DNA of 61,341 bases, counting the filler, from Candidatus Omnitrophota bacterium (lineage in GTDB: Bacteria > Omnitrophota > Gorgyraeia > Zapsychrales > Zapsychraceae): assembly GCA_015233495.1 (NCBI GenBank). It is 5 parts of 5 records of this genome, joined end to end, with 100 filler letters (N's around TTAATTAATTAA, not from the genome) between each part and the next. Parts side by side here need not be neighbours in the genome. Positions count along the whole stretch, not along the records: positions 25,318 to 37,421 come from JADFXQ010000053.1; positions 37,522 to 49,442 come from JADFXQ010000054.1; 3 more parts are not named here. One strand, written 5' to 3'. The notes beneath the pieces are model-generated. The model made no database searches. It saw nothing but the letters and a program-made list of their open reading frames with translations, and was not told the origin of the DNA. Positions 30,295 to 40,495 of the stretch are shown here, piece after piece. The translations under genes and the position numbers were made by a program. Position 1 is the stretch's first letter, and every line of letters starts with the position of its first letter.

Positions 30295-32067
30295 TTACAG
30301 GGTTTGGGTTAATTGTTTTTTTTGTTCCGCCAATTCTTTTTGAAAAGCGGCTTTTTGCGCTGTTAAATTCTCCGGCACAGAGCGGTCAACGCCTTGCAGC
30401 CGGGCCATCCCGAATTTGTGGAAAATCGCTTCTATTTCGTCGTAATCTAATTCTTCTTTGATATAGAGTTGTTGGGCGAAATAGTCCAGCGCTTCCCAAT
30501 TCGTCGTCAGAATATCTTCCACTGTTTTCAGGCAGGATTGCAGAATGCTTTGCACATCGGCGTCGAGTTTGGTTTTGGTTTCTTCGGAAATATGTTCGCC
30601 GCCCCCCCAATAAGAAAACCGCGGGGTAAAGGAGGCAAAATCGCCGATGATACCCGAAGGACCCATGCCAAAACTCCAGACCATTTTGTAGGCGGTATTG
30701 AGAGCTTGTTCGAAATCCGCCCCGGGGCCGCCTCCCACGCCGGTTCCGGTTGTCCCGAATTTTTTTCGTTCCGCGATATAACTCGCGAGGGAGATTTTAA
30801 TGTCCGTGAGCAGATCCTCTTTGGTGGTTTTGAAATTTTCTTCTTTCGGCCGGGAAAAGACCATGCCCAAAAATCCCGTGCGGGGAATGATGGTGGCTTT
30901 CATTACGTCATCGTCCGTGGCTAAAAGGTAAGTTATCAAAGCGTGGCCCGCTTCGTGATAGGCGGTCCAGAGCTTGTCTTTTTCCGGCTGTACCGCGTTG
31001 GATTTTTGTCCGAAGCTGACCCGGTCATAGGCTTCGTTGATGTCGGGCCTTTCGATTTGTTTATGGCTGTTGCGCATGGCTAAAAGACTGGCTTCGCGCA
31101 CCACGCTTTCGATTTCCGCCGGCGAGAACCAAACGGTTTTGCGCGCCAGGATTTTTTTATCAATGGTGGCTTTATTATATTCGACCTTGCCCAGATAAAG
31201 ATCAAAGATCTGTTCGCGTTCAATCAAATTGGGCCGGGTAACGTTGATTTTGCGCTCCAAACGGCCGGGGCGGATAATGGCCGGATCTAATTCATTCTCG
31301 CTTACGTTGGTAGCCGCGAGAACCACGATGTTGTTTTCCGCTTTGCGTAAACCGTCCATTTCGGTGAGGAATTGGTTGACCGTGGCGTTGTGGTCCATGA
31401 CTCCGCCAAAGCCGCGGTCTTGTTGCCGCGGGCGGGCAATCGAGTCAATTTCATCTATAAAAATAAGACAGCCGCCGTGAATGTCCGCCAGGGCGCGGGC
31501 TTGCCGGAAGAGGGTTTTGACGCGGGCAGTGCCTACGCCCATAAAAATACCGACGAATTCGCTTCCCGTGGCAGACAAAAGCGGTAAACCGCATTCACTG
31601 GCAATGGCCTTGGCGAGATAGGTTTTGCCGCAGCCCGGCGGTCCCATCATCAACATACCCTTGATGATTTTTCCGCCGGCAGCGTGCAGTTTTTTGCGGT
31701 CCCGGAGCAGTTCGATCAGTTCTTGCGCGTCTTTTTTCGCTTCTTCCATCCCGATCACTTCCGCCCATTTTACTTTGGCGTTGGATAAGTCAAAGGCGCC
31801 TTTCCCTATATTAGCGAACCCGCCCTGCATAAAATAATATTGCATACCGATCATAATTGGCATGGAAAGCAGCTGCACGAAGAAAAACATCACAAAAGTC
31901 AATCCCATGGATCCGGATATTTGCCGGCGGCTGAAAGATTCCAGCGCGTAATAATTTTGCATACAATAGGTAATAAAATAGATCATGAATACGGTGAGTC
32001 CCAACATGACGGCGAAAATCATGATTTTTGTCGAGTGGATACGCAATAAAATCAGAAATTTTTTCAT
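30295..32067 (-). CDS. ftsH: FtsH-family AAA+ zinc metalloprotease (paralog)
   Basis: 2 TMs, GPPGCGKT, IFIDEID, LDPAIIRPGRLER, HEAGH. Confidence 0.92.
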   Translation of the reverse strand: MKKFLILLRIHSTKIMIFAVMLGLTVFMIYFITYCMQNYYALESFSRRQISGSMGLTFVMFFFVQLLSMPIMIGMQYYFMQGGFANIGKGAFDLSNAKVKWAEVIGMEEAKKDAQELIELLRDRKKLHAAGGKIIKGMLMMGPPGCGKTYLAKAIASECGLPLLSATGSEFVGIFMGVGTARVKTLFRQARALADIHGGCLIFIDEIDSIARPRQQDRGFGGVMDHNATVNQFLTEMDGLRKAENNIVVLAATNVSENELDPAIIRPGRLERKINVTRPNLIEREQIFDLYLGKVEYNKATIDKKILARKTVWFSPAEIESVVREASLLAMRNSHKQIERPDINEAYDRVSFGQKSNAVQPEKDKLWTAYHEAGHALITYLLATDDDVMKATIIPRTGFLGMVFSRPKEENFKTTKEDLLTDIKISLASYIAERKKFGTTGTGVGGGPGADFEQALNTAYKMVWSFGMGPSGIIGDFASFTPRFSYWGGGEHISEETKTKLDADVQSILQSCLKTVEDILTTNWEALDYFAQQLYIKEELDYDEIEAIFHKFGMARLQGVDRSVPENLTAQKAAFQKELAEQKKQLTQTL

Positions 32068-32158
32068 AAAGTCATCTTTGGTAAAAGGTTAAACCAATTT
32101 TTTGATCCTTTTAAAGTATACAACAAATTCCGAAAATGAAAAGGCGATCGTCGAATAA

Positions 32159-33535
<1,377 letters not shown>

Positions 33536-33568
33536 GCTTGTGAAATTGTGCGAAGGGGCGTACTTTCG

Positions 33569-33588
33569 CCTGCCTACCGGCAGGCAGG
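33569..33588. repeat. REP-like palindrome CCTGCCTACCGGCAGGCAGG
   Basis: Intergenic after eno; same family as 3524-3544. Confidence 0.7.
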
Positions 33589-33628
33589 TGTGCGCTCGGT
33601 TTATCAGAATTCGATGCCGGACGGTAAC

Positions 33629-33907
33629 ATGAAAAAAGCTTTCTGGCTGTTAGTTTCAGCCATCGCTATTTTGGTATTTTTTTTACCGCCGTTCATGCTC
33701 CTTAAAAATAAAGAAGCGCAAAACGTCGAATACGAAAAACAGATCAAACGCCTCCAAGACCGCCAAAGGGGCTTGGAAAGCGAAAAAAACCGGCTCGAAA
33801 CCGACCCGGTATATTTAGAAAAAGTAGGCCGTGAAAAAATGGGCCTGATCCGCGAAGGGGAAGAAGTGGTCGAAATCGTCCCTGCGGAAACGAAAGAAAA
33901 AGAATAG
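33629..33907 (+). CDS. ftsB: Septum formation initiator FtsB/DivIC
   Basis: TM, coiled coil, DPVYLEKVGREKMGLIREGE; eno-ftsB synteny. Confidence 0.88.
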   Translation: MKKAFWLLVSAIAILVFFLPPFMLLKNKEAQNVEYEKQIKRLQDRQRGLESEKNRLETDPVYLEKVGREKMGLIREGEEVVEIVPAETKEKE

Positions 33908-33927
33908 GGTTACAGAGCCCTATTTTT
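33903..33927 (+). terminator. Putative intrinsic terminator after ftsB
   Basis: AATAGGGT-TACAGA-GCCCTATT followed by TTT. Confidence 0.5.
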
Positions 33928-33990
33928 GAATCAAAATTTAGATTGCGCGGAGTGCGAGCAGTTAGCGAGTACCCGCGACATTCCACCTAT

Positions 33991-34067
33991 CGCGGGGTGG
34001 AGCAGCCAGGTAGCTCACCAGGCTCATAACCTGGGGGTCGTTCGTTCAAATCGAACCCCCGCAACCA
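33991..34067 (+). tRNA. tRNA-Met(CAT), initiator type
   Basis: Cloverleaf, anticodon loop CTCATAA, C1:A72 mismatch, GTTCAAAT T-loop, encoded CCA. Confidence 0.96.
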
Positions 34068-34070
34068 TCA

Positions 34071-34115
34071 GAAGACCCCCAGTTCACGTCGAGGATTGGG
34101 GGTCTTCGCATTTTA
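34071..34115 (+). terminator. Hairpin/terminator after tRNA-fMet
   Basis: GAAGACCCCCAG...TTGGGGGTCTTC stem then ATTTT. Confidence 0.6.
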
Positions 34116-34147
34116 TGGCACTTGGCCGTATTTGCAAAAACACCCCC

Positions 34148-34215
34148 GTGCTAGCACCGTGCTAGCAAACCTCTCGTTTTTCTCTTGTTTCCCAATGGTT
34201 TACAAATGGTTTACA
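34148..34215. repeat. Two pairs of direct repeats with 11-bp period (candidate integrase arm sites)
   Basis: GTGCTAGCA at 34148 and 34159; AATGGTTTACA at 34194 and 34205. Confidence 0.6.
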
Positions 34216-34261
34216 ACAATTATTTTAACTTGGTGGCAGTTTTTGGTATGATGAGCGCGTT

Positions 34262-35110
34262 ATGAAAAAAGTAAACAACCTCTACCAGAGAGAAGAATTT
34301 CAGCTTTACGGGCTGAAGTGGGAATTCATGCGTCGCAATCCGCAGTACGTCGCGCATTATTACAAATATTTTAAACAAGATGGAACGTTAAAGTCGCGGC
34401 TTAACAAGAAAGACGTAACGGTATTTTTCGTCAGGTTCTACCAGCTGTTTAATCCTTTAAATCCCGATTTGTCGTTTCTTAAACTCATGGATGAGTTGTA
34501 CCAGTCGGAGAAAGTGTCAAGGCGAACGAGGCATTGGGAAAATCTGTTGAGCATGGAAAAGGCCAAGAAAACCGGCACCAAGGAATACGAGCTTGAAAAG
34601 GCCCGTTTCGATGAGTCCATAAAGGATATCATGGCATTCGAGGGCATTTATCAGCAGATCAAGTTTTGGGCTTGCGGAGTGTATCGGATCGTTGGCCACA
34701 GCGGGGAGGCCGGCGCTTCCGATGAGAATGTCGAGGAGATTCTCAAGAAAGCCGTGGGGCCAAACGGTCTTGCCAAAATCCTTGTGGACGTCGATGCGCC
34801 TCTCAGCAATGTTATCGTCGCGTTAAAAGACGAGTTGTGGTGGGATCAAATGCGCCGGATTCATCGTCCGGCTATAAAAGTCAGGAACAGTATTGATAAG
34901 CTGAAAAAGTATCTGAAGGTTTATGCCTTGAGAGAGGAAACGAAGTGGTCTTTTGACCGGATCGCCAAGAAGCTGTATCCGAAGGAGCACGATGCAGCCT
35001 TGGGGCTAAAGGACCCGAAGGTCAAAATCGAGAGTCTGGTCAAGAGGGTCAATGAGCATTATTTACAGGCAAAATGGTATATCGACGGAGGTTTTAGAGA
35101 AATAAGGTAA
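34262..35110 (+). CDS. Putative transcription activator, DUF6499/FseA-like N-terminus with C-terminal HTH-like region
   Basis: WEFMRRNPQY motif; C-terminal YLKVY..WSFDRIAKKLY..IDGGFREI. Confidence 0.65.
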   Translation: MKKVNNLYQREEFQLYGLKWEFMRRNPQYVAHYYKYFKQDGTLKSRLNKKDVTVFFVRFYQLFNPLNPDLSFLKLMDELYQSEKVSRRTRHWENLLSMEKAKKTGTKEYELEKARFDESIKDIMAFEGIYQQIKFWACGVYRIVGHSGEAGASDENVEEILKKAVGPNGLAKILVDVDAPLSNVIVALKDELWWDQMRRIHRPAIKVRNSIDKLKKYLKVYALREETKWSFDRIAKKLYPKEHDAALGLKDPKVKIESLVKRVNEHYLQAKWYIDGGFREIR

Positions 35111-35237
35111 ACGCTTATCCCTTCCTACGGATTATTGGTTGTTGTGATATCTTCCTGCATGACATTAGTTGTGCGGGATTTTTTATTTTATGGATGGGCG
35201 CATGATGGAACGTGTTGATTGAGATTATCCGACGGAG

Positions 35238-35630
35238 ATGTCGAGAAAGGAAATTATGTATCAGTCGATGATTCTGGATAGTGCTGCAGGTAAGTCGTAT
35301 TTCAGGATGGATAAAAAGGCAATGGATTTGATCGGCCGGTTGCTGGGCAAGTCGGCGTTACTGGTCTATATGGGGCTCTGCTATTACATGGAAAGCGACA
35401 CAGAGACGTGTTGTCCTTCTCTTTCGATGATTGCCGAGATCGCCTGCGTTTCGCAACGTACGGTTATGCGTGTTGTCCAGGCTATGGAGACACTGGGGTT
35501 TATCGTAGTCGAGCGGGAACCCGGATTGCGGAATCAGTATCGTTTCCTGTCATGCGATTTCAAGTCAGTGGAGAAGTGGATGCGGATCATGGCCAGGCAG
35601 TTTCCTTCAAAGTTTCGGGGGCAAGCATGA
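35238..35630 (+). CDS. Winged HTH protein (HTH_36, replication-initiator-like)
   Basis: LVYMGL..CCPSLSMIAE..SQRTVMR..ME..GFI..NQY; GGAG RBS. Confidence 0.8.
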   Translation: MSRKEIMYQSMILDSAAGKSYFRMDKKAMDLIGRLLGKSALLVYMGLCYYMESDTETCCPSLSMIAEIACVSQRTVMRVVQAMETLGFIVVEREPGLRNQYRFLSCDFKSVEKWMRIMARQFPSKFRGQA

Positions 35631-35863
35631 TGGCAAAGTCAAAGGCAAAGCTGAGAAGTGACGTGGTTCGCTCGGTCCTTGCCGAGAGCAAGATATCCCA
35701 GAATGCGTTGGCGAGGTTGATTCCGATCACGAGCGGGTATATGTCACAGCTGATGAATGGTACCCGGTATGCCTCGCCGCGTGTTCAAGCCAGGATTCGT
35801 TATGTCTTCGGTGGATGCAAGTTTGATGACCTGTTTGAAATCATTCCTGACAGGAGAGGGTGA
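35627..35863 (+). CDS. XRE/Cro-family HTH regulator
   Basis: ISQNALARLIPITSGYMSQLMNG..FDDLF; ATGA overlap with upstream gene. Confidence 0.82.
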   Translation: MMAKSKAKLRSDVVRSVLAESKISQNALARLIPITSGYMSQLMNGTRYASPRVQARIRYVFGGCKFDDLFEIIPDRRG

Positions 35864-35867
35864 GCCG

Positions 35868-37294
35868 GTGTTGACGTTTGCCTTGGACTTTATCAAGCGT
35901 GGTTTTCGGATCTTCCCGTTAAATGGCAAGATTCCTTTTGCTGGGACCAGCGGGTGTCTTGACGCGACTCTTGATGAGGCAAAGGTGAGGGAAATGTGGG
36001 CGCGGCATCTGGGGGCCAATATCGGGCTTGCCACTAGTTCGCAGAGGTTTGTGCTTGATGTAGACGTGAAAAACGGCAAGGTTGGGGATGAGTCGCTTCA
36101 TGAGCTTGAGAAAAAGCACGGTCAGTTGCCACAGACGGTTGAGTGCAAGACCACATCCGGCGGTCGGCATTTGTATTTCCTCAATTCTACGGGCGCGGTC
36201 ATTCGTAATTCCCAAAGCAAGATCGGCAAGGACTTGGATATCCGCGGTGAGGGCGGGTATGTGGTCGCGCCGGGCAGTGTTATTGATGGTAAGACGTACG
36301 AATGGGAAGCTTCCGGGCATCCGGATGATGTGCCCATGGCCGAGGCCCCGCAATGGCTGGTTGATTTGGTTACAGAAACCTCGCCTAAGGAGAAGTTCGC
36401 GTTGCCCGATGGCGAGATTCCTAAAGGTACGCAGGATGACACGATGTTCCGGTTGGCCTGTTCACTCAAGGCGCAGGGGTTCACGCCGGATATGGTACGC
36501 GGCGCATTGAAAGAGGCGATTAAAAAATGCCCACAGGATCCGAAGGATCCGTTTAAGGTTGAGGACATCGAGCGCTGGCTCAAGAGCGCGTTTGGTTATG
36601 CGGATGCCAAGCCAAAGGGGCGCAAGAAAATCGATGAGCTGGAACTGGCCGCGCAGTTGAAGGAAAAGCATATCTTCATCTATTCAGAGGCCGGGAAGTT
36701 TTATCGTTACCACAACGGATTTTATCAGGAGTTGAGTGAGAACGCGCTGGTCGGGCTGATCTCCGGCGACTATGGCTGTCTTAAAAATAATGTGATCAAT
36801 CTGATCATCCGGTATCTCAAGGCCAAGTCAGAGATTTCAACAGAGCTTCTGAACCGGGATCATTTCCTGAATCTTGAGAACGGTCTTTTTGACACGGAGA
36901 CCTATGTTCTCAAGCCTCACAGTCCGGCTGTTTATTCCACGATTCGATTGAACGTCACATATGATCCGACCGCGACATGCCCGCAGTGGGAAGAAGCAAT
37001 AAAGACCATCATTGATAATGAGGAAAGTATCGGCGTTGTGCAGGAGTTCTTTGGACTTTGCATGACCAAGGAAACGTACGACCGGGCGTTATTCTTCATT
37101 GGCGAGGGCAGTAATGGCAAATCAACACTTCTGGATGTCCTCAAAGGCATCTTGGGCAATGAGAACACCTGTGAGGTTCAGCTCGAGCAGCTGGAGAAAA
37201 GCCATTATGTGGCGCAGTTGCACAACAAGCTTCTCAATATCGCTACCGAGATCGGCGCGTCGGGCACGGTGTGTGATGAGATGTTCAAGAAGAT
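35868..37294 (+). pseudogene. Prim-Pol + PriCT-like + P4/D5-type SF3 helicase, truncated by an IS
   Basis: ANIGLAT, VLDVD, TTSGGRHLYF, DIRGEGGYVVAP; LNLENG, GEGSNGKST; homology stops at FKKM, reading frame continues into foreign DNA to 37391. Confidence 0.85.
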
Positions 37295-37421
37295 GGGCCT
37301 GTTGCGAAACGTACTAAAAAATGGTTATCCGGCACTCCGGACAGAGCTTTTTCGTCGCAAGAGCCGCTTGGCTCCCGCGTTCCCGCCTTAAAACCAGGGA
37401 TTTTTCCGTCGGCGGGCAGAC
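37295..37421. mobile_element. Probable IS terminus (IS5/IS1182-like) inserted in the helicase
   Basis: Begins GGGCCTGTTGCGAAAC exactly where helicase homology ends; exactly 127 bp to contig end, like the other repeat ends. Confidence 0.6.
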
Positions 37422-37521
37422 NNNNNNNNNNNNNNNNNNNNNNNNNNNNNNNNNNNNNNNNNNNNTTAATTAATTAANNNNNNNNNNNNNNNNNNNNNNN
37501 NNNNNNNNNNNNNNNNNNNNN
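37422..37521. other. Artificial contig linker
   Basis: N-flanked TTAATTAATTAA, 100 nt. Confidence 0.97.
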
Positions 37522-37751
37522 ATCAGGCCGCGGCTGGCAAATTGGCGATTACGCGCTACCGCGTTTTGGAGCAACTGCCGAGGTTTGCCGTGCTGGAGGC
37601 GGAGATTTTGACTGGCCGGACGAATCAGATCCGCATCCAGTTCAGTCAAGCCGGGCATCCCTTGGTTGGCGAACGTAAATACGCTTTCGCCCGTGATTAC
37701 TCGTTAAAATTTCATCGCTCGGCTTTGCACAGCCGGGTTTTGGAGTGGAAA
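37522..37751 (+). pseudogene. RluA-family pseudouridine synthase C-terminal fragment
   Basis: AITRYRVL, TGRTNQIRIQF, GHPLVGERKY, ALHSRVL; breaks off at WK. Confidence 0.8.
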
Positions 37752-37907
37752 AATTTTGCCAACCGATTCGAAGGCCACGCCTTTATTCACGACCAGATTG
37801 GCCAATTGGATGAGATTGCCTAAAAGGAATACGCACGTCAATACCCCTAAACCGATACAAAACGGCCCGATGATTTCTTTGAGGATATAAGTTCGGATGA
37901 TTTTCAT
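37748..37907 (-). pseudogene. LptF/LptG permease N-terminal fragment
   Basis: MKIIRTYILKEIIGPF + TM + LVVNKGV; ATGA-coupled to comF; about 53 codons before meeting the rluA fragment. Confidence 0.78.
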
Positions 37908-38680
37908 GATGTTTCCAGATCCGCCGCTACAGTCACGGCCAGCGTGAGTACGCCGACTAATTCGGCGCCGGCGTTTTTTAAAGTCAAGGCCGCCTCTGAC
38001 GCGGTCGCGCCGGTGGTTAGTAAATCGTCGACCAGCAACAAATTTTTATCCGGCAAGGTTGAAGCATTCATTCTAAAAGCGCCGGAAATGTTTGTCCAGC
38101 GTTCTTTTCGGGTAAGCCCGGCTTGAAAACGGGTGGGTTTAACGCGGCGGAGCAAACTCTTAACCGGTATAGCATAAAGTGCGCTTAAGGTTTTGGCCAA
38201 GAGTTCGCTTTGGTTGTAACCGCGTTCGCGCCACCGGGCAGGATGAAGCGGTATGGGTACAAGGGCGTCAAATTGCCGGATATCGAAATTGCTGGCGGCG
38301 ATAAACTGTTGAATTTCCGCGGCGAAAAGGTGGCGCATCTGGGTTTTGCCGCCGTATTTAAACGTGTAAATCAACGACTTAAGCGGCGCAGTATAAGTCC
38401 GCGCACACCAGGCGAAATCAAAATTCGGCTGATTTTTTCGGCAGCTCGGACAAAGCACGGTCGGCGCTCCCGGCAGGGGCCGGGAACACTTGACGCAAAA
38501 CGGCGGCGTGTTTTTAACCAGGCGCGATTGGCAGATCGCGCAGAGCGTCGGACATCCCGCCCGAGGCAGAATTTTTTTGCGGCAGAGCAAGCAAAGTGGC
38601 GGATAAACGAGGTCAATCAACCCGTCGATATAATCTTTCAGCACGATTGTTATCCTATCAAGCGATTTTGAAAAAGTCAA
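37904..38680 (-). CDS. comF: ComF family protein
   Basis: CxxC pairs, FKYGG, VPIPLH..ERGYNQ, LVDDLLTTGAT. Confidence 0.93.
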   Translation of the reverse strand: MTFSKSLDRITIVLKDYIDGLIDLVYPPLCLLCRKKILPRAGCPTLCAICQSRLVKNTPPFCVKCSRPLPGAPTVLCPSCRKNQPNFDFAWCARTYTAPLKSLIYTFKYGGKTQMRHLFAAEIQQFIAASNFDIRQFDALVPIPLHPARWRERGYNQSELLAKTLSALYAIPVKSLLRRVKPTRFQAGLTRKERWTNISGAFRMNASTLPDKNLLLVDDLLTTGATASEAALTLKNAGAELVGVLTLAVTVAADLETS

Positions 38681-38690
38681 TTATTTCTTG

Positions 38691-38719
38691 TTGCACGACT
38701 GAAAGGCGGCGGATATAAT
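38691..38719 (+). promoter_or_regulatory. Sigma70 promoter of the ACP operon
   Basis: TTGCAC-17 nt-TATAAT. Confidence 0.72.
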
Positions 38720-38816
38720 AACACCAATATTAACGGGCGAAATGGCGCGGCAAGTTTGGCTGTAATTCGGATATTTAGTTTAAAATTCAGTAAAAAATAG
38801 CGAAAGGGAGGCGATA

Positions 38817-39077
38817 ATGGATGATCTCAAAGAAACGCTCCGGGGAATGGTCGCGCATATTATTGAAATGGACCCAAAGGACATCGGCGATGATGCCTTG
38901 TTTATTAAGGATCTGGGCATGGATTCTATGATGGCCTTGGAAATTTTGGCCAGTATTGAAAAAAAATATCGCATTGAAATTCCGGAGGCAATGCTGCCCA
39001 AATTTACTTCCATCAATGAAACCGTTAAACAAGTATCCGGTATTATTAATCAAAATTCGGGCGAAACAATATCATGA
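38817..39077 (+). CDS. Acyl carrier protein
   Basis: DLGMDSMMALEI phosphopantetheine motif; acidic 86 aa; GGGAGG RBS. Confidence 0.93.
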   Translation: MDDLKETLRGMVAHIIEMDPKDIGDDALFIKDLGMDSMMALEILASIEKKYRIEIPEAMLPKFTSINETVKQVSGIINQNSGETIS

Positions 39078-40495
39078 AAGCGGAAACAAAATCCAGTTAT
39101 GACGTCATTGTTGTCGGGGGCGGATTAGGCGGCTTGACCGCCGCGAACCGTCTTGCCAAGGAGGGTTATTCTGTTTTGATTGCTGAACAGCATTCCAAGG
39201 TCGGCGGTTACGCGACCTGGTTTAAGCGGGGCCGTCAGCACACATTTGATGTGTCTATGCATGGATTCCCGTCACATTTGAAAAAGTCTTTAGAAATAAA
39301 TTGGAATGCGGAATTGGCGGGTTCTTTGACGCGTTTGGAAAAAGTGGTTTTTGATAACCCGCAATTTAAAATTGAGACTTCTTACGATGAAAAAGATTAT
39401 AAGCGGATATTGAAAGAGCAGTTTAATATCCCGGAAGAACAGAGTGAAGGTTTTTTTGAGGCTTTGCGAGAGCATTATGCGGCTGATTCCAAAATCGAGA
39501 GTTTTAAAGTTGTTTTCAATAAATTTTTTCCCGGAAGAAATGATGTTTTACGGTTTATTTTAGAGCCGATTTCCTATGCGAATGGTTTTGACTTGGATGA
39601 CCCGGCGCACGCGTTTTCTTTGATTTTCTTGCGATTTATGCAAGACGGGGTTTTTTCTTTTAAAATCAACACAAAAAAGATCATCGGACTGATGGTAGAA
39701 GAGTTAAAAAAATCCTCGGTTGATATTATGACGAAAGCGCGGGTAGAAAAAATTGTTGTTGCTGACGGGCAGGCGCGCGGCGTTTTGATCAATGGAAAAA
39801 GTATCGCGGCGCAAGCAGTGATTTCCAACGCGGATCTTTTTAAAACGGTTTATGATTTGACAGGCAGAGACAATTTCGATACGGCATTTTTGGATCAGGT
39901 TGAGAAAACCCGGCCGAGTTCTTCCAATTGTCAAGTGTATATCGGGATTAAGGAAGAGGTCAGCATTCCCTATGTTGGTGATATGATCTTTACTTCGGAA
40001 AAGTATGTTTTTGATGTTGATGAATTGTTGAAGCCAGGCACAACATCGATGTGCTTGTCTTTTTATTATTCAGGGTATCGTGAGGGGTCTTCGGATACGG
40101 TTATTGTCGCGACCATAAACGCCCTTTGGCAGGATTGGGCGACGCTATCAAAAAAAGCCTATGATGAAGAAAAAGAAAAATTGATTAGAAGAGTTTTGCA
40201 GGTGTTAAAAAAATATATTCCGGACATTGAGTCGAAAATCGATTATGTGGAAGCCGCGACTCCCAAGACGTTTCAGCGGTATGCCGGGCATCAGCGAGGC
40301 GCCACGTTTGGGACAAAGTTTGAAGGCCTGGAAGTCAGCCGCTTGCTGCCGCAATACATTAAAGGATTATTTTATATCGGGTCGGTCGGGATCATTATGT
40401 CAAGCTGGCTGGGGGTTATCAATAATGGTTCTATTTCTTCCTATTTTATTAAAAAATATTTGCGGCGGAAAGCGCGTTTGGAGGTTCGGAAGTGA
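39074..40495 (+). CDS. Phytoene-desaturase-like FAD oxidoreductase 1
   Basis: YDVIVVGGGLGG, EQH..VGG, FD..HGFP, EAATPKTF, FGTKFEGL, GSVGIIMS.WLG. Confidence 0.88.
   Translation: MKAETKSSYDVIVVGGGLGGLTAANRLAKEGYSVLIAEQHSKVGGYATWFKRGRQHTFDVSMHGFPSHLKKSLEINWNAELAGSLTRLEKVVFDNPQFKIETSYDEKDYKRILKEQFNIPEEQSEGFFEALREHYAADSKIESFKVVFNKFFPGRNDVLRFILEPISYANGFDLDDPAHAFSLIFLRFMQDGVFSFKINTKKIIGLMVEELKKSSVDIMTKARVEKIVVADGQARGVLINGKSIAAQAVISNADLFKTVYDLTGRDNFDTAFLDQVEKTRPSSSNCQVYIGIKEEVSIPYVGDMIFTSEKYVFDVDELLKPGTTSMCLSFYYSGYREGSSDTVIVATINALWQDWATLSKKAYDEEKEKLIRRVLQVLKKYIPDIESKIDYVEAATPKTFQRYAGHQRGATFGTKFEGLEVSRLLPQYIKGLFYIGSVGIIMSSWLGVINNGSISSYFIKKYLRRKARLEVRK

Larger units (their letters stand above)
34068..37294 (+). 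mobile_element. tRNA-integrated satellite/PICI-like element (partial)
   Basis: Begins at the tRNA 3' end; tandem 11-bp-period repeats, regulator, two HTH genes, Prim-Pol/SF3 helicase; integrase not in the window. Confidence 0.75.

Noticed and set aside
33926..34165. ORFs 33926-34165 and 48992-49204
   Set aside because: They overlap tRNA genes; spurious
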